64,000 nt of DNA from Haplodiscus bocki. Taxonomy: Eukaryota. The position numbers and the translations under genes are program-made. The first letter of the stretch is position 1, and each line of letters starts with the position of its first letter. Shown here one piece after another: positions 12,301-27,300 of the stretch. The stretch covers positions 61,070,001-61,134,000 of the forward strand of contig OZ296652.1 of NCBI GenBank assembly GCA_965655095.1. The letters are read 5' to 3'. The notes under the pieces were generated by a model. That model was not told the DNA's origin and searched no databases. It worked only from the letters and a program-made list of their open reading frames with translations.

Positions 12301-15300
12301 CGGAATTGAACACGTCCTGTAAAGCATAGAAAGATTCGTAGTCACAGGAAAGATTTTGGAGGCAAACAAGCGAATCGTGCGAAAATCACACAATTAACGA
12401 TTTTTGCCAATCAAAAACGCTAACAGGAAGCAAACATTTAATGAATATTAAAGAGATGTCCTCTCGTAATGCCTTTCAATGCATTTTTTGCTGAAAAGCA
12501 GATCAAGAGAAGGCAACCAGGGGATAGTTCTGCAGAAGTCGAACAATCAGCTCATTCATGTTAACTGTACAAAAACGAACAACTTTGAAACTTCTTCCTG
12601 CATTTAGCAATATTTGTGCTTCTGCATATTTGTTTCGCCAAATGGCATGATCGTTGATAAGGAATAAATTTCATTAGGAAACGCAAAAATGGCTAATCTG
12701 GCCTACTTTATATCATCTTAAACGCCTTCTCAACCAACCGAAATTTCACCCAAAACTGCAAAGGTTCAACAGCTTTCGACCATTTGCGCTTCCTGATTTT
12801 TCAGCCGGGACACGTTGCTAAAAGTTCAATATCAACACTCCAAAATCACAGTTTCGAATTATCTGAAAAAAACCGGTCAATAGTGAGAACTATTTCCATC
12901 AATTGAGAACTTGAATAAACCCACTAGTTCCCGCTGAAATTGAGCAAAATTTCAAGGCGGATAAACGATTGCAATAGTAGCATTCTGTTAAAAAAGATAA
13001 CGACACCGATTCGAAACAAAAAGAGCGTCGTACCAAAAAATCTTCGTCACTCTCCGATAGTCGGTTACTTTATCAAAGCACCCACTTAAAGCCTCATTTT
13101 TTGGCAAAGGTTTTGAATATTTCGAACAACTCTTCCCAATTCAGGAACTTTACTAATCTCAGCTCCAAGCGTAGTTGGAATGATTAATCAGAAACCAAAA
13201 GAGCGAAAATTGCGGAAGAAACAGCAAAAAAAACCTAATTTTGTACATTGAAATTATGATAACTTTTCGACCTTTTCCACAACCGAACATTTCGTCTCTC
13301 GAATAATTTTTGCTCGTATTAGCAGGGTGATCTTCCGCTCCGAGAAATGACGTGGTAGGAAAAAACGAAAAATAGGGCGGAAGTAGCACAATATAATATT
13401 AACAGTCGGAAAAACAAGTTCCGTGTCTAAAATGACACGAAACTCAAAATTTCTGTAACCGATTTGGAACTTCAGCCAAAATGGTCAAAATAATATCACA
13501 AAAGTTCAATTTGGAGTGACCTTGGTAAAAATTGCTAAACTGAGAATGTCTTTTTCCGGAACGAAGACACCAAATTGAGAAAAAGGAAAACATCGGCCAT
13601 AGAAAAGACCGCATGAGGTTGGGCCCGAACCCGTCTGGTCGTAGTACCTATACGCACATGGCTGTTGTGAAAAAACAATAGCCCGAACGATCACTGACTG
13701 ACTGGTTTCACCAGACTATCATCTTGTGCCTGTTGTCAACGTTAAGAAAAAACCAGCGTCGACCGTATTAGCCTGACAATTGCCAGCTGAAACAAACAAG
13801 CGAAGTGGAGCTGCGCAAAGCTGGCAACACAAAAGAATCCAACTCTTTCATAACTGCATAAATCAGTAATGAAAACAAAAACAAGAAAACTTGAGCTTCA
13901 GAGATTTTCTGAATGTATAGAAAGCATTTTTCCATACGTTTTCAGAAATCTGGAACTGCGTTACAAAGTGACGCAGATTAAGCTAGGAAACCGATTTGTA
14001 AAATCAGCTGAGCTTCCAAAGACAGGGATTGAGGAAAAGATGAGGAAAATGAAAACGACGTAAGGAAAATTTTGGAAAAAAAACGAACTTGAAGTTCTCA
14101 GTTTCAAAAACCAATCGAAGAAATTTCACAAGAAAAAGAGAAGAAAAGGCAATCGCTATCGTTGAACAGCTTAGCTTGGCCAGTTGGCGACCAATTGATA
14201 GTAGTGGACAGTTGCTCCCCGATTGGGAATCTTCTATGAAGCCCGATAAAAACGCAAGTGATAATAAAGTTGCTTTTGCAACCACAAGTTGTTATTGCAA
14301 TGCGGAGTAAGAAACATGACAATCCTGGTGCTTACCAGAAAATCCACGTTGCGAGTGTTTGCAAAGCCAAAGTCGACGCCTAGTGATTAGGATCAACACT
14401 GCCGAAAAAAAGGTGCAACTCTTAATGTTTCTGAATTCTGAAGTACGTCGAATTAAGTCGCGGAAACTCAGGCAGAGAGCCCCCTCACGAACACGAATCG
14501 AAAAGTTATGCACAGATTTCAGTTGAGACTTAGTGTGTAAACAGTTTTGATATTATGTCGAAAAATTGAACAAAATTTTCGGGCCTTTTTGTCAACAAAA
14601 AGCGCCTTACAATTTGATTTTCAAGTGCAAAGGACTATTGCGAAGGCCACCTGTTTCTGCACCGTTTTTCTCCACTTGGTTGACTGATGAATATGTAATA
14701 GGTGGCTTCAATAAAAGAGTTATACTCCGAGAACAATAGATCAGAACAAAAACGCGAAGCAGCGCCTGGCAACATTTGCTCCAACAAAATCCTAGGCAAC
14801 AAACAGAACAAGTATAACTGATTTTTGAACAAGCCACAGTAAGATGAAAAACACTCATTACGCAAACAAACAGAAAACTGAAAAACAAAACCAAGACAAT
14901 TTTCTTGAACTTATTTACAAGTGTAAGAAGTACGACCAGATATTGCAGTTCATTCGCCTCATAATTACTTACAACAAGAGTACAGGCTGCAAAATGGAAC
15001 AAGTCAACAAATTTCTCCAACTGAGTAAGTGCGCACGGACAAAGATTTGCAAGAACGTGAGAGCGCATGGACAAAACCTAGGTAAGATGAGAGTCTATCC
15101 GCAAATGCGTCCAAAAGATATTGGCGGAAAAAACTAAAAACGCCAAAAATTAGAGGGGCAAATAGTCGAATTTGACTAGTCTCAGTACCAAACGCAAATC
15201 AAGGGTGCCTATGTTAATTAAATCGATGCAAAAAGAACCCTTCTGGATGCCCTGATATTTTGAAAAAAGTCAGTATGGTCTAGGTAGAAGTATGGCCGAA

Positions 15301-18300
15301 AAGTTTGCAAAAGTCGAAAAATTCATGTTTTTCGACAATGTCACCAGATGCAAGGCATGCAAGTACCTTCGTTGCTTTCAATCACTTTGCGGAAAAGTTT
15401 GCGATGAGCCGAAAAAACTCATGTTTTTTGGTCTTTTAACCAGCATAGAGACCTGGAACTCGTTTGATTGTTTTTCTTTTGAAATGATGGCTCAACCTCC
15501 TGAAACCAGTAGGGAATATCAAAGGTCAGGCAAAGGCTTCGAGTTTTTTCTTTAATTTTTGCAATTTTGCAGTGGAAAAGATGGCAACTTGGTGTTTTTG
15601 TCACTCAACGAATTCTTAAATGGCTCGAAAGCGCAACGTTATATCTCTCGAAAAAGGTATCCAATTAACATCGTCGACTTGAATCGATTCATTTGGGGGT
15701 GTAAAATTATTTTTGCCTGAAGTTTAGCAAAAAAAATCATCGAAAAATTCTCCTTCTTCGTGTAACATTCATCTTTTCGCTCCATCCTCCGTAAGTTTTC
15801 CGCAAGTCAGTGTGACATGCCAACCTCAAACCGATTGACAGGCCTTGCCAGGCAATTTTTTGGGAAACTGCTTTCTTTCCTTTATCAGACTATTGCAATA
15901 AATCCTAGGAAGATCTACTTCGCAAAGTGATCTTTCGAATCTGGGGCGACATAATTTAGCGACGAAACATCTACACTTGCAGTAGAACTTTCAACGCGTG
16001 CGGCGTTCATCATCGACGTGCCGTTTGCTTTTCGAGAGCTTAGTGCAAAGCACTTTGCGCCTAAGTTTCGTTTTATTCACCGATTTTGTGACATAGGCAA
16101 AATTTCACGACAAGAGCCCTTATCTCAACGCCCATGGTGTTTAGTCGTACAAATTTCTTTCTGATTGAACTCGAAAACACTCTGGGCTACATTTATGTTC
16201 GAAAACATTCCCAAAAAAATTCCGCCTTCATCGTTTTTTTTTCCCGAAAAAACATGAAACTTCGGAAGCTTTTATCACTAAAAAGGAAAATCTAGTACCT
16301 TCGACCATTCCCTGAAACCCTAGGAACTGTATGAATGAGGTCTCCGTGTTTCCGGAGAAATATGGGAAAGCAAAAAATCTCCGAAAGCGAAAACGTAGAG
16401 AGGAAGGAGGTTTTTCGAGATTTTTTTCAATTCACCTAAAGCCGTTATCTGTCAACTATTATCAACTAAAAGAAGCTACTCCAGCTTTTCTCTGGGCCGT
16501 GATGCCATTCGTGTCAACTTGCGTTTTGCTCCTATCCATCCACTGGGTTTGCTACTCTGGAGAGAATAGCTGTAGGAAGTTATCCGAGATGACAACTTTC
16601 CTTCATAAACTTCTGTCAGCTAGAGTTCAACAACTGGAAAAGCAACCCTTCTATTGAAACTATTTTTCCGTGGAAGAGATGAAACCCTACGCCGAGACTT
16701 ATCCTCACTTGTAAGATGAATTTGAGGTATTTTCTGTTCTCTCACATGAATTTGTGATTCAAAACTTGCTTCCGCAGGTGTAAAAAACGTAACTGAAAAT
16801 TTCCACCGCAAAAATTAAAGAAAAAACTCGGAATCTTTCCTTGACCTCCGATATTCCCTCCTTGTTTCAGGAGGTTGAGTCACCGTGTAAAATAACCAAT
16901 CAAAAAGTTCCGAAAAACACGAAACTTTTGGTTTTTCGCAAAATTTTCCGCTAAAATAGGGCAGACAGAAAACAGCAGAAAAGTCCTGACGCACCATAAG
17001 GTCTACCTAACCACTGACAGTTAATCAACGAGTGATTGAAAGGAAGGAAGGTACTAGCATGGCTTTGAGCTGGTGACATGCTCAAAAAACATGAATTTTT
17101 CGACTTTTTTGCAAACTTCTCCGACATAACTCCACCGAGAGAATTACGACATTTTTTAAAAAAATAGTAGAGCGTCGAGAAGGCTTGTTTTTGCATCGAT
17201 TTCACTAACATAGGCGCCCTTCGTATGGGCATGGTACTGATGCTAGTCAAATTCAACTATTTGCCCTAATATTTTTTTGGCGTTTTCAGTTTATTTTCGC
17301 CAATAACTTCTGGGCGAAAAATTTTCGGAGGTCAAAAATTTGGGACATGGTCATTGGGAACCTTGCCATAAAGGTTTTCAAAAAAGTACAACGCTCCAAC
17401 CAATACACTCTGAGATATTACACTTCAAAGTCAAGAAAGGAAGAAGGCAAGTCACTAATTCTCATTAGAAGTGAACCAATTCTACATTGGCAAAATCTGA
17501 AAAAAAAAAAAGAAAAATGACACTAGCCATTGTATAATTTTCCCTTCCATATAAAATACGGAAGCGGAAATTGAAAACGCCCAAAAAGGGCCTCAAATTC
17601 TTTGAATTTTGGTCCGTTTGCTAATACTTTTCTCTTAAATTCTTAGCTTTTAAGATTTTGGGGACCAAAAACGCTAACTTCCGCTTGATTGAAATCACCG
17701 TTGAAGTTTCTCTGATGACGTCAAAAACTGCAAATTTTGAATAGGATTAAAAAACTGGGCATAGACCAGTTCCAGTACACATTCTTCCTTCCAGTCAAAA
17801 TGCGTAACGAGCCCGGAACGGTCCAAATAAGGCACGAGATATAAATAGGGAAGGGGGGGGGGTGGGGATTCGTTGGTTTTTGGAAAATTGTGACTTTTCC
17901 GACAAAAATTTGATCTAATCACATTCTTTTCTAAAAATTTTGTTTCACAGCGCCGAAAAATTAGTAGAGGCGTAGATGGACTCATAAGTAACGTCTCAAG
18001 TTTTGTAAAAAAAACGCTTCATTGACGTTAGCTGCACTATTTGTTGTTCTCAGGAATAGTATATGACCATTCTTAAAGACTACTCTTCTTTCGAGAGTGC
18101 ACGAAATAGATTCATTTCCGTCGAATACAGTGGAAAAAAAACAAGCCACTTTAAGAGGCGGACATTTTTACCTAATTGTTGAGCGTCGACTAAAAACGCG
18201 AATAGACTTTCACTCTGCCACAGTGTTCATCTGGCTAATATTTAATGTGCCGTTGATAAAAAGTACTCACCGAAAGTATGTTTTGCGAACTCTGGCTTCC

Positions 18301-21300
18301 ACCGGTCTGGAAGCCATGTAACTGAAATATCCAACTTGTCCAGTCGAGGCTCTTCGCTCTTAAGCCAGCTGAGATACAGAGGGGCCTCGACTTCCCACGA
18401 CACATCACCTGATCGATCATTATCTTCTTCACAGAAAGTGGAACCTTAACATCAACATTTTGATAACATGAACACTAATACCTGCATTCAATTTTCGATA
18501 TTAGCAGAGTAAAATTTTGAAAATTGCCACTTGTCAAGAAATAAAGTTAACAATATAATAGCTACACAATATTGTCAGCATCAAATACTCGAAATAATTC
18601 TGCGGTCAGTGACTGAAAAATCAAGCCAAGTAAAAGCAACACCTTGAGCGACAGGAATTCTTTAAAAAATAATGCTAAAAGTTCTAAGCGTTAATAAAGG
18701 ATATTTGTAACGAAATCACTCACTTCTTTTTCTCCATCTCTGCTCTGGCGAACGAATTAATTTGTCCCACAAAGTTGTCACGTGAACTCCACATGTAATT
18801 TGGTCGTCCATGGGAGTTCCACTTTCTGCACATGAAGACTTGATTTGTTTCTCTGTATGTCTGAGACATTTTCTGGTGGGCAGCAGTGTCACAACAGGAT
18901 CCGGTCCAATGCTGGGATGAGGAAGATGCGAAGAAAGGTTTTTAGTCTGATTAGACATTGAGTTCATTTTTACAGTGTTACTCAGCATGGAGCTAACACT
19001 AATGGAGTCTTCCGACTCTACAGCTAAGGCTGACGATGACGCAGAAGCCTGAAATAATAAACGATTACACAGCAATTAGAGTAAGTATGATAAAAAAGAA
19101 AAGCTCAAATGGGGGCCCACTTGTTGATCCAAAAAATAGGTCGAAATTGATGTAAATCCATTTCTCCAAAGCATATTATTCTCAACAGTGACCTCTGCGA
19201 TTAAACAGCAGGGAATTGTGCAACAAATCAGCATAATGCTTGGAAGATGAAGGAAGAATCAACCGGCAGTTTAGGAAATGCTTTTTGAACAACAACAGCA
19301 ACTGAACATTATTTTGAAACCCTTCTTACTTGTCGTTCCAGGGGAACAGCGGACGTGAGAGGGTTACTAGAATTGAGAAGTCTGGATTTCAACAGCAGAT
19401 CGCTGAGATGGGTTTTCAGCTCTAGACGGGAGAAATACCACACTAAGTTCCAGTAAATGTCCATCTTCTCATCAACCATTTCTCCTGAACTTAGGATCTC
19501 GTCACTGCCCCCAGAGTTATCAATCAACCGCTCGAGAGCTTTACGGACAACGAGAGGACTCAGATAATTGATGAGAATAGGTCCGATTTCATGAGGAGGC
19601 GACAATTTTTTATCAACGTGACGCAAGCCGGGCGTCGTATGACTGGAGGAACTGGTACTTGCGTTGTCACCAATGGTCTCCAGAACTGGTTGCCCCCTAC
19701 TAGCCATTGAATGTTCATCGAGGTTTGAACTACTTGCGTTTTGTAGGCTCAATTGCGATGTTGAAGAACCTGAAAAAAAGAACTTCCTTCATTAAAATGA
19801 AAAGAGGCAAAAGCTTTTTAGCTTCTAAAATTACGAGCACAAAAGCGCTGCATGAAAAAGTTGTAAAAAGTGAGTACCAGCAAAATTTGTCATTTTGTGA
19901 CGACAGTTTAAAAACACTACACAACACCTTGACTCAACAGAGTACTTGATAAACGGACAAGTTTCTTTTCTGCAAAGAAATAGACTGAAACACGCATAAG
20001 GTGGTGTACAATAAGAAGACCACGTATAATTTTAAGCAAACCTTCTTTTTCTCGAAGAAACACAAGACTTCGCATTAAAAACAATAAAATTTATAGTTAA
20101 CAGTTAGTAATTGGAAAAGATTCTTCCATCTAAAAGAACGGGAAAATACCTTTTTAGTGAGAATCAATAGAGACATGAAATGAATTGATCAATTGACATC
20201 AAAAATTATGGATAACTTTCATCAGGTGAGTACAGTTGAGAGAAACGACGAACATTATGTCTGGGTAGTATAGCTGTGAAAAGTTTTCAAAGGGGGAGTG
20301 TCTAGCTGCTAGAAATAATGTTAATGATTAATAGTATGGTGAAAGTAGGCAGTCTTTTGCATAAAACCAGACCTGAAGCTCGCCGGCAATTGATGCCCCC
20401 TGGAAGCGACCAAGTCTCCACTCCCGTTGAGGGTGGCATCGGAGGTGCCGAAGGATATCGTCTGTGACAGCTTCTTCTAGATCTCAAGAGAGGCGTTGCT
20501 GAATGTTAATTGGAAAAATTAAAAGCTACTACTCATTACTGAACCGTAAATAAGAATTGAAACCCCGGAGTTGCCTCTTGCTATTTGTCATTGCGAAAAA
20601 TATACGGGGTTATCATGAATTTTCCCAATTTTTGTTTTTCACGTTCGATTTTTTGGGCAAATTTAGCGATTTTTGCTTCAGCGAATTTTTTTTGGCGGTA
20701 CTGTTATATGTTATCTGGGATACTTTTTGTACGTTGTACAGCTCTAGGAGAGGCCAGCAGTAAAATTTTGATTAAAATAAACGTCGTATAGTATGAGTTA
20801 TTACGTCGAAAAAAATCCGGAAAAATTACTTTAGTAGTCGGGCTTTTTAGTAAAATTACTAAAGCGCCGATCAAAAAGCTCACCAGTCGAATTAATGAGC
20901 CCAGAGTCGGTCTGTTCTTCGTCACAATTATTGCCCACGTCTGCTGCCGTCTGAGCCTGATTTACATTTTGATCAACTTCAAAATCGCCCTTTTCGCTAC
21001 TTTGGAACGACCCTGCAGCGCCAGACACCTCCAGAATTTCATCAAGACCTCTCTGATTAGTTCTCGTATTTGCATCGCCAAAGTCATTCAGCGAGTTCCA
21101 ACTGGTGCCATTTGGAGCCGTACTCTTATCCTTTCTAGATTCACCTGCGTTTTGACGGGTTCCCAGAACTGGAGAAAAGTTGGATGTGGATACTCTAGAT
21201 TTTTGCGCTTGTGCAATAGATTCCACTTCGTGCAACCAGTCCGGAGAGAACTTTTTCAAAGCCTTCAAACACTCTTCACATCCGCATTCGTAATACTGAT

Positions 21301-24300
21301 GTCGGTAATCTTTGATAACTACTGTCAGCTTAGGAAGTTGAGAATACCCACATGTCTGATATGAACCAGTGCCCGTTTGGCTCGTCTTACAAGGGCAGCT
21401 GAAAAAAGAGCTCAATGAAAAAAATCACTCTGACGAACAATATCTAGCAAAATATTTTTCCTGGATAAATTCAATTGTTAAATTGAAAAATTCCGTTTAC
21501 TTTTTTTTCAATTAAACAATAACAAGAGTCAACTATTTTTGCCTTTTCTCGTCCTGTTGGCTAAGATCACATTTGTTTCAGTTTTGTGAGTCAAGGCGCT
21601 TCTTTTTCACTTTCTTCAGAAAACAAAAACACCAACTGCTTAAGAAGTTGCTTAACAGTTGAACTCTAAGGAAATTCGACAAACTGTCACCTCTCCGTCC
21701 AGAGATAATGAGCTTATTTCCATTTCTGGACCGTTATCTCGGGGGTGCTCAACCTGGGACGTTAAAAAGGATAGCCTGATGACATATCAATTTGGAGAAA
21801 TACATTCTTATACTGCAAGCAAACTGATTTTAGCAGTGCTTAAGTAGTTTCTGTATTCGAACAAAAAACATGCTCAAACAAGTCGCATGTCCGCAACAAC
21901 TTCTACACTCCAACATTATTCTTATTTTATTCAAAACTCGAAGAACTACAATGTCGCTTATCAAGAAGCCAGTCAGCTTTTAGTAGCTATTTTCAGGAAG
22001 TTTGATACGCCACATTTGCTTTCAAGTCACGCGCGAATCTAACAAAACATACGTTTACAAAATTCAAAACTTGGATTACGCTCCGACAATTCATTAAGAA
22101 GTGAATAAAAGAAAGGAAGAGAAAGCTGTGGAGGCTCAAAATACATGGATGTCTAGAAATTCTCATTAACTTCGATTAATTCCAAGTTTTTCGGAGCTGA
22201 ATTTGACGATCAATATTCTACAGAGTGCCGTGCCAATTTTATAAAACTTGGAGAAACGCTTGTGATGTCAACAAAAGCTACGGTTCTATTTCGCAGTAGA
22301 GATGACTTTTATGCGCAGAATTAATTCCAAAAGTTTCCAACTTCGTTTTACTTCACATTTCCTCGATCACTTAGATCTCAATCGAGCCCCGGCAGACTCA
22401 AGCTGTCATTCCCAATCGGTTTCAATGGGGAGTCTCAAAAATTTGCGGTCTTCCAGCAATTTAGCACAGACTATCACCAAAATTTTTCTTTACCAGCGTT
22501 CCGAAACAATTCGGCAAATTCAAAGGGTCGTATTTTGAAAGAAGCGGAAAATAAGATGCGAATTAAATAGACAAAATTTGAATCAATTACTAAATGCACT
22601 TGAGAACGAAGAGAGAGACACAGGGCGAAGCATCCCAATGGAATGTTAGTGTAAATAAGAATAATGTACCTCTTAAAGTTAAAATTGTCAATTCTGACGT
22701 GAAAATAGCTCAGTTGGTAGAGTATGCAACAACGGCGACACGTCCCGAGTTCGAGCGCCGGACACGGCACTTTCTTTTGCTAGAATCTTGGAAATTTCAC
22801 GAATTGTGAATGCATTGAAAGAACATAGACCCCAAGGTTGCAAGGCCTTAAGCGCTAAAAATCTTTAGCTAAGTCCCACTGCGTCGAAAAAACTGCAGAC
22901 TACACAGAGCGCGGAAAACTTGAGAGAATAGAATGCTTTACCGGTAAATTTCAGCGCTTTGAACGGTTTGCAACTATTCGACGCTTTGGGAATCAACAAA
23001 TTTTACACCAGATGAATGAATGATCACTATTTCGAAGACAAAGGTGAAGTAAACCTTTCTATTTTCCGTCCACATTTCACATGCGGAAGGAAAATATTTC
23101 ATTCAACTTCCAGGTAATCAATTTTCACATAAAATTCGCCAAATGTGAAATGAGCAAAATTGGACGATTTTGGCATTAAAATTTTTTTCTACCAAATTGC
23201 AGCAAAGTTGCTGAAACATTCAACAAGAATAGTGAAGGTCACAGAGGCGAAACGGAACTTCGCAACGCATTGTGACTAGTCAGTTGAGATAACGGATACT
23301 AAAAGACAATTGATACCATGATCAGAGAAGTGACTGATACTTCAGAAATATTACATCAGCTGTCAATCAAGAGTTTGTTCGGAAAAGTCAAATTGAGACC
23401 CGTATGTCAGAGTATCTCCAACTCAAACATGTGATCTGTTAATCATATCGTTTTAGCTTACGTGCAGGGCACGGCCTGGTTGAAAATTACATGTAACCGG
23501 CTAATCACTTAATTTTAACGGTTAACCATCAAATCTTCATGCTTGGAAAATATGGATTCAACAAAAAGTTCTATTGCGAAAGTTGATACCTTCATAATCA
23601 ACAAGATTATGAAAATTGGTTTGGTATCATTTCACTTTAACCGACATTTAACAAACACCATTCTACGAAAAGCGTAAAAATTGTTGCTCTGATAAAAAAG
23701 CGTCTTGGACTAATTATCCTTAATAAGCAAGCAAAAAATTAAAACAACAAATGAAACAGAAATAGCCCAACTAAATACAATTTATTTCAATTTTTGAGGC
23801 AAATAATATTCGAAACCCGGGTACAAGTAAAAAAAAATTTGGGCACTTCCTCCTCACCCCCTCCACCCACACATCATTTTCAAGACAACTTTTCCCATGT
23901 AATTTTATTCATTATTATTCAAAAGATTTTCAATTAATTGGAAATGAAATGATTTTCAAATGCCTTTTTTGAATCAAAGAAGCAAATGGCGGAAGCCCTG
24001 TGCTGCCCACATTTTCGTTTTTGCTTACCATACTCCTCTGAAATACCAGGATTTTCAGAAAATCCAAAATTCCCGCTTTCACGTAAGCGCCAACCATGTC
24101 CGTTCCCGGCTTGTTATTGTGCCAAGAGACATTCAACGTACAAAAATCTTACAGAACAAAATTGGTATTTTATTTGACGCTTTTGCTTAAAAAATTTTGA
24201 CACTATTTACGCTATCTTGTTGCAAATTATACCTGGCGTAAAATCAACGTGGGGTGAAACTATATGGGTTGAAATGAATGAGGGGTGAAGTAAACATGGA

Positions 24301-27300
24301 CCATAAAAATTTGCCTGCTAGAACACATTTTACCGGAGGAGCAACTTCTTGTAATTTGTAGATACTTTTAGCAAATTTTATCAAAACGACGAAAGCCCAA
24401 TGCTTCAAAGAAATCGTTTTTGATCATTTCTATTACACCGCTAGAGTAATGATGACGCCACAAAATGGAGGTTTTGACAGGATAAAAAAGCAAAAGGTAA
24501 TGAGTATAACTCAACCCCTCTTTCAAGCAAATGTGTAATAAAATGGAGTCAGAGAACCGTGTCTCGGCTTCTCAAAACTCAGAAATTTTTCAGACGCCAT
24601 TGTCGAAAGCACAAAAGAAGCCAGTGAAAATAATGTTAATAAAGTTGCAACAATCAACTCAGTGATCGTGTTTTGCTTATGGCAACCAATTATTTACAAA
24701 TCATAGAGCAGGTATTTGGGCTGCTAACCAGATAACTTACGCACCCCCATCAGATACAGACGGCATTCCCTTCATTTGCAAAATTTTTCCATCCGTGACA
24801 CCAATGCTTTTCGTGCGTGTGTAATTAGAGCGTTTAAAAATAAAACTGAAGCCTATAAGTGCAAAAGCCAAAGTATAATTAATCGAGCCGAGAAGTTCTA
24901 CAAATACTACAGAAAATTTAAATTCTGGCGAAGTCTTAATAACTCGAAACAAATCGAGAAGGGCCAAGTCGGCGCCGCCCGTAAAGCTCAAAACACTCGT
25001 ACCAGAGGCTCTTAGCTGTTTAGAAAACTAGTTTTTTTGGGGGGAAAAATAAACTCCATTGTAATCTTGTGAGGAAAACTTGTTTCACAGTGAGTAAAAA
25101 GACGTTAAGGTACGCATTGGTATGTTATAGACTCCCAGTGAAACTCAGCTGCAAAAAATCTGCAATAAGGTGGGGTATTATTAAAATTACGAGGCTGCTC
25201 TGACCAAAATTTTGAATGACAAAATGAAAGCAAAGGACATTGAAGTCAGATAAAACTAACTTTCAATTATTGCCTCAAAAATAGCTTCGATAAGTACTTC
25301 TAAAGTACAATTTTCTGAAGTTACGGACAGCTGCGAACTAACGTTATGCTGAAGCTAGAGTCGTCGTGGTTCCACTGCGCCATTATTTCCTCATCATACA
25401 GCGTCTTCTTACAGGACGCACTGATGCACGTATAAACAGAAGTAATGTGCACATTGACTAGGGATGACACTTGTTTTTTTCTGAACCTCCCTTCATACGC
25501 TGAGGATGATATGACAGGTCTCTGTGGGACTTTCTCCAATGAGGGTGGTGGCACATTACGTTTCGCGCTCACATTGGTATTGTTCTTCTTTGGTGTACTG
25601 TTTGATTTCATAGACGATGATACATCAGGTTCCAGAGAAGCATCGATGGTCACTGCGTACATCATTTCCTGGGCAACTTGCTGTACTTGATCTCTAAGAC
25701 GAGTCACCTTTGGATTTTGGAACACTTTCTGCGTGTAGTTCGCCGCAGAAGTTAAGAGGCTTTCATTTGATGATTTTTTGTCTCTTTCCAAACCAAACCC
25801 AATGCTCGTCGCTTGAGATGCTAGGTTACTTGAACAGCTTGCACGGTCTTCGGACAAAGTACTAAAACACGCTCACCATTTTTACAAGCAAATTAAGCTT
25901 TTTCCAAACTATGTACCTCATATACTTTAGAAATAAAATTTAGATGAGAAAAAAATTATCGTGTTGCTGTGATTTCATCTGAAAAGTCTCAGCACCCATC
26001 AAAAAATTGAGCAGCAAGAGTTTCTGAAGCAGAATCTTACCTGGTAGAGCCAGCGAAAGACTGTTTGGTCAGGTTCTGTAACGAGTCTGAAGCCTTGATC
26101 ATTTTACCCAGAATCATTGCAGCCAGTCTGTGCTGTTCAGTTTTACTGCTACCTTCATCTAAACTGCTCGCTGTGCTCTCGCTGCGAGGCAAACCTAGAA
26201 GACGTGGCTCCATGTGCTGTTCACTGATGTCATCCGCTGGAATTAAATCGAAAGTCGAATGGTTCTGTAGAACTTTTCTTTGATTATCTTTTTCATCCCG
26301 ATTATCGTGGCTGCTGAAATTCATCGGAGTTTAAAATTCCTAAAACGTTTTGATCGATGCTCTTGTTTGGTTTAACGCCACATCGTTACATTAATTTTTC
26401 TATTTTCACAGTCAAATTGTCTGTGAAATGATGATGATGAGTTCAGTATTAGTGAGTTCCAAAACTATCCAGAACGCCAAAATGGATTCTTCAAACGTTC
26501 AAAAACATTTTAAATACTTTCAAGCTAATTTTCAAAAAGAGGCTACCGGCGGGGCTCGAAAACCGAAGCGAGATCATCAGCTGTTGTTCTGATTTGAAAA
26601 AAATTCGAACGTCGGCAAAACAGCCTTTTATATGATATCGATATAAAAATTCAATAAAGTGCTGAGAAATTTCCAAAGTTACAAGAATAAGGAGTCTAGC
26701 CATCCTCACAAATAAAATACTAAAGTTGAAAAAAGGCTTCAAGGATGCTAAGCAATAAGCTTTAAGAAACTAGACTAATAAAAGAATAAAATTGAGCGAA
26801 AATAGAACAAGACGCGCTGCGATATTCCCGCCAATGGGGCGCCGAAGGGAGTGATCGAAAATACATAAGATGATTTTTTCTTAGAGACCTAGTAAATTGG
26901 ATGGAACACGGCTTCAAAAGAAAACTAGGAAAAGCACTTTTTGGCCGTATCGGGCTATCAGGCTTTCGACCTAAATTCAATCATCTAGATACCTTTTACT
27001 AACGGCAGTCCAAAAAGATTTTGAAAGAAGCCCGACCCCGTAGTTATGGCTAAAAATGGAATTTGATATGGCGGAACATCATTACTAACTACGAATTTTG
27101 CATGGTGGGTCCATCAGGAATTCAAGGTGAGGAAAAAATTTGTTTAAGTATCTCTTACCATAAGAACGCTGTTCATTCAGACATGGATGAAAAAAAATCA
27201 AGGCGGTAGTTTCGGGTAAACATGATTTTGAAGACATAAAATAACAAATTGAACTAGTAGGCTTTTTCGTTCTATCCCGATCCCAATTAAAGACGGAGAA

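Noticed and set aside
11500-15100. Cluster of 60-155 aa ORFs in intron 18, some hydrophobic
   Set aside because: No recognisable family or consistent splice chain; probably decayed TE sequence that I cannot assign.
22695-22770. Functional tRNA gene
   Set aside because: Anticodon stem absent and T-arm imperfect; treated as a tRNA-derived module.
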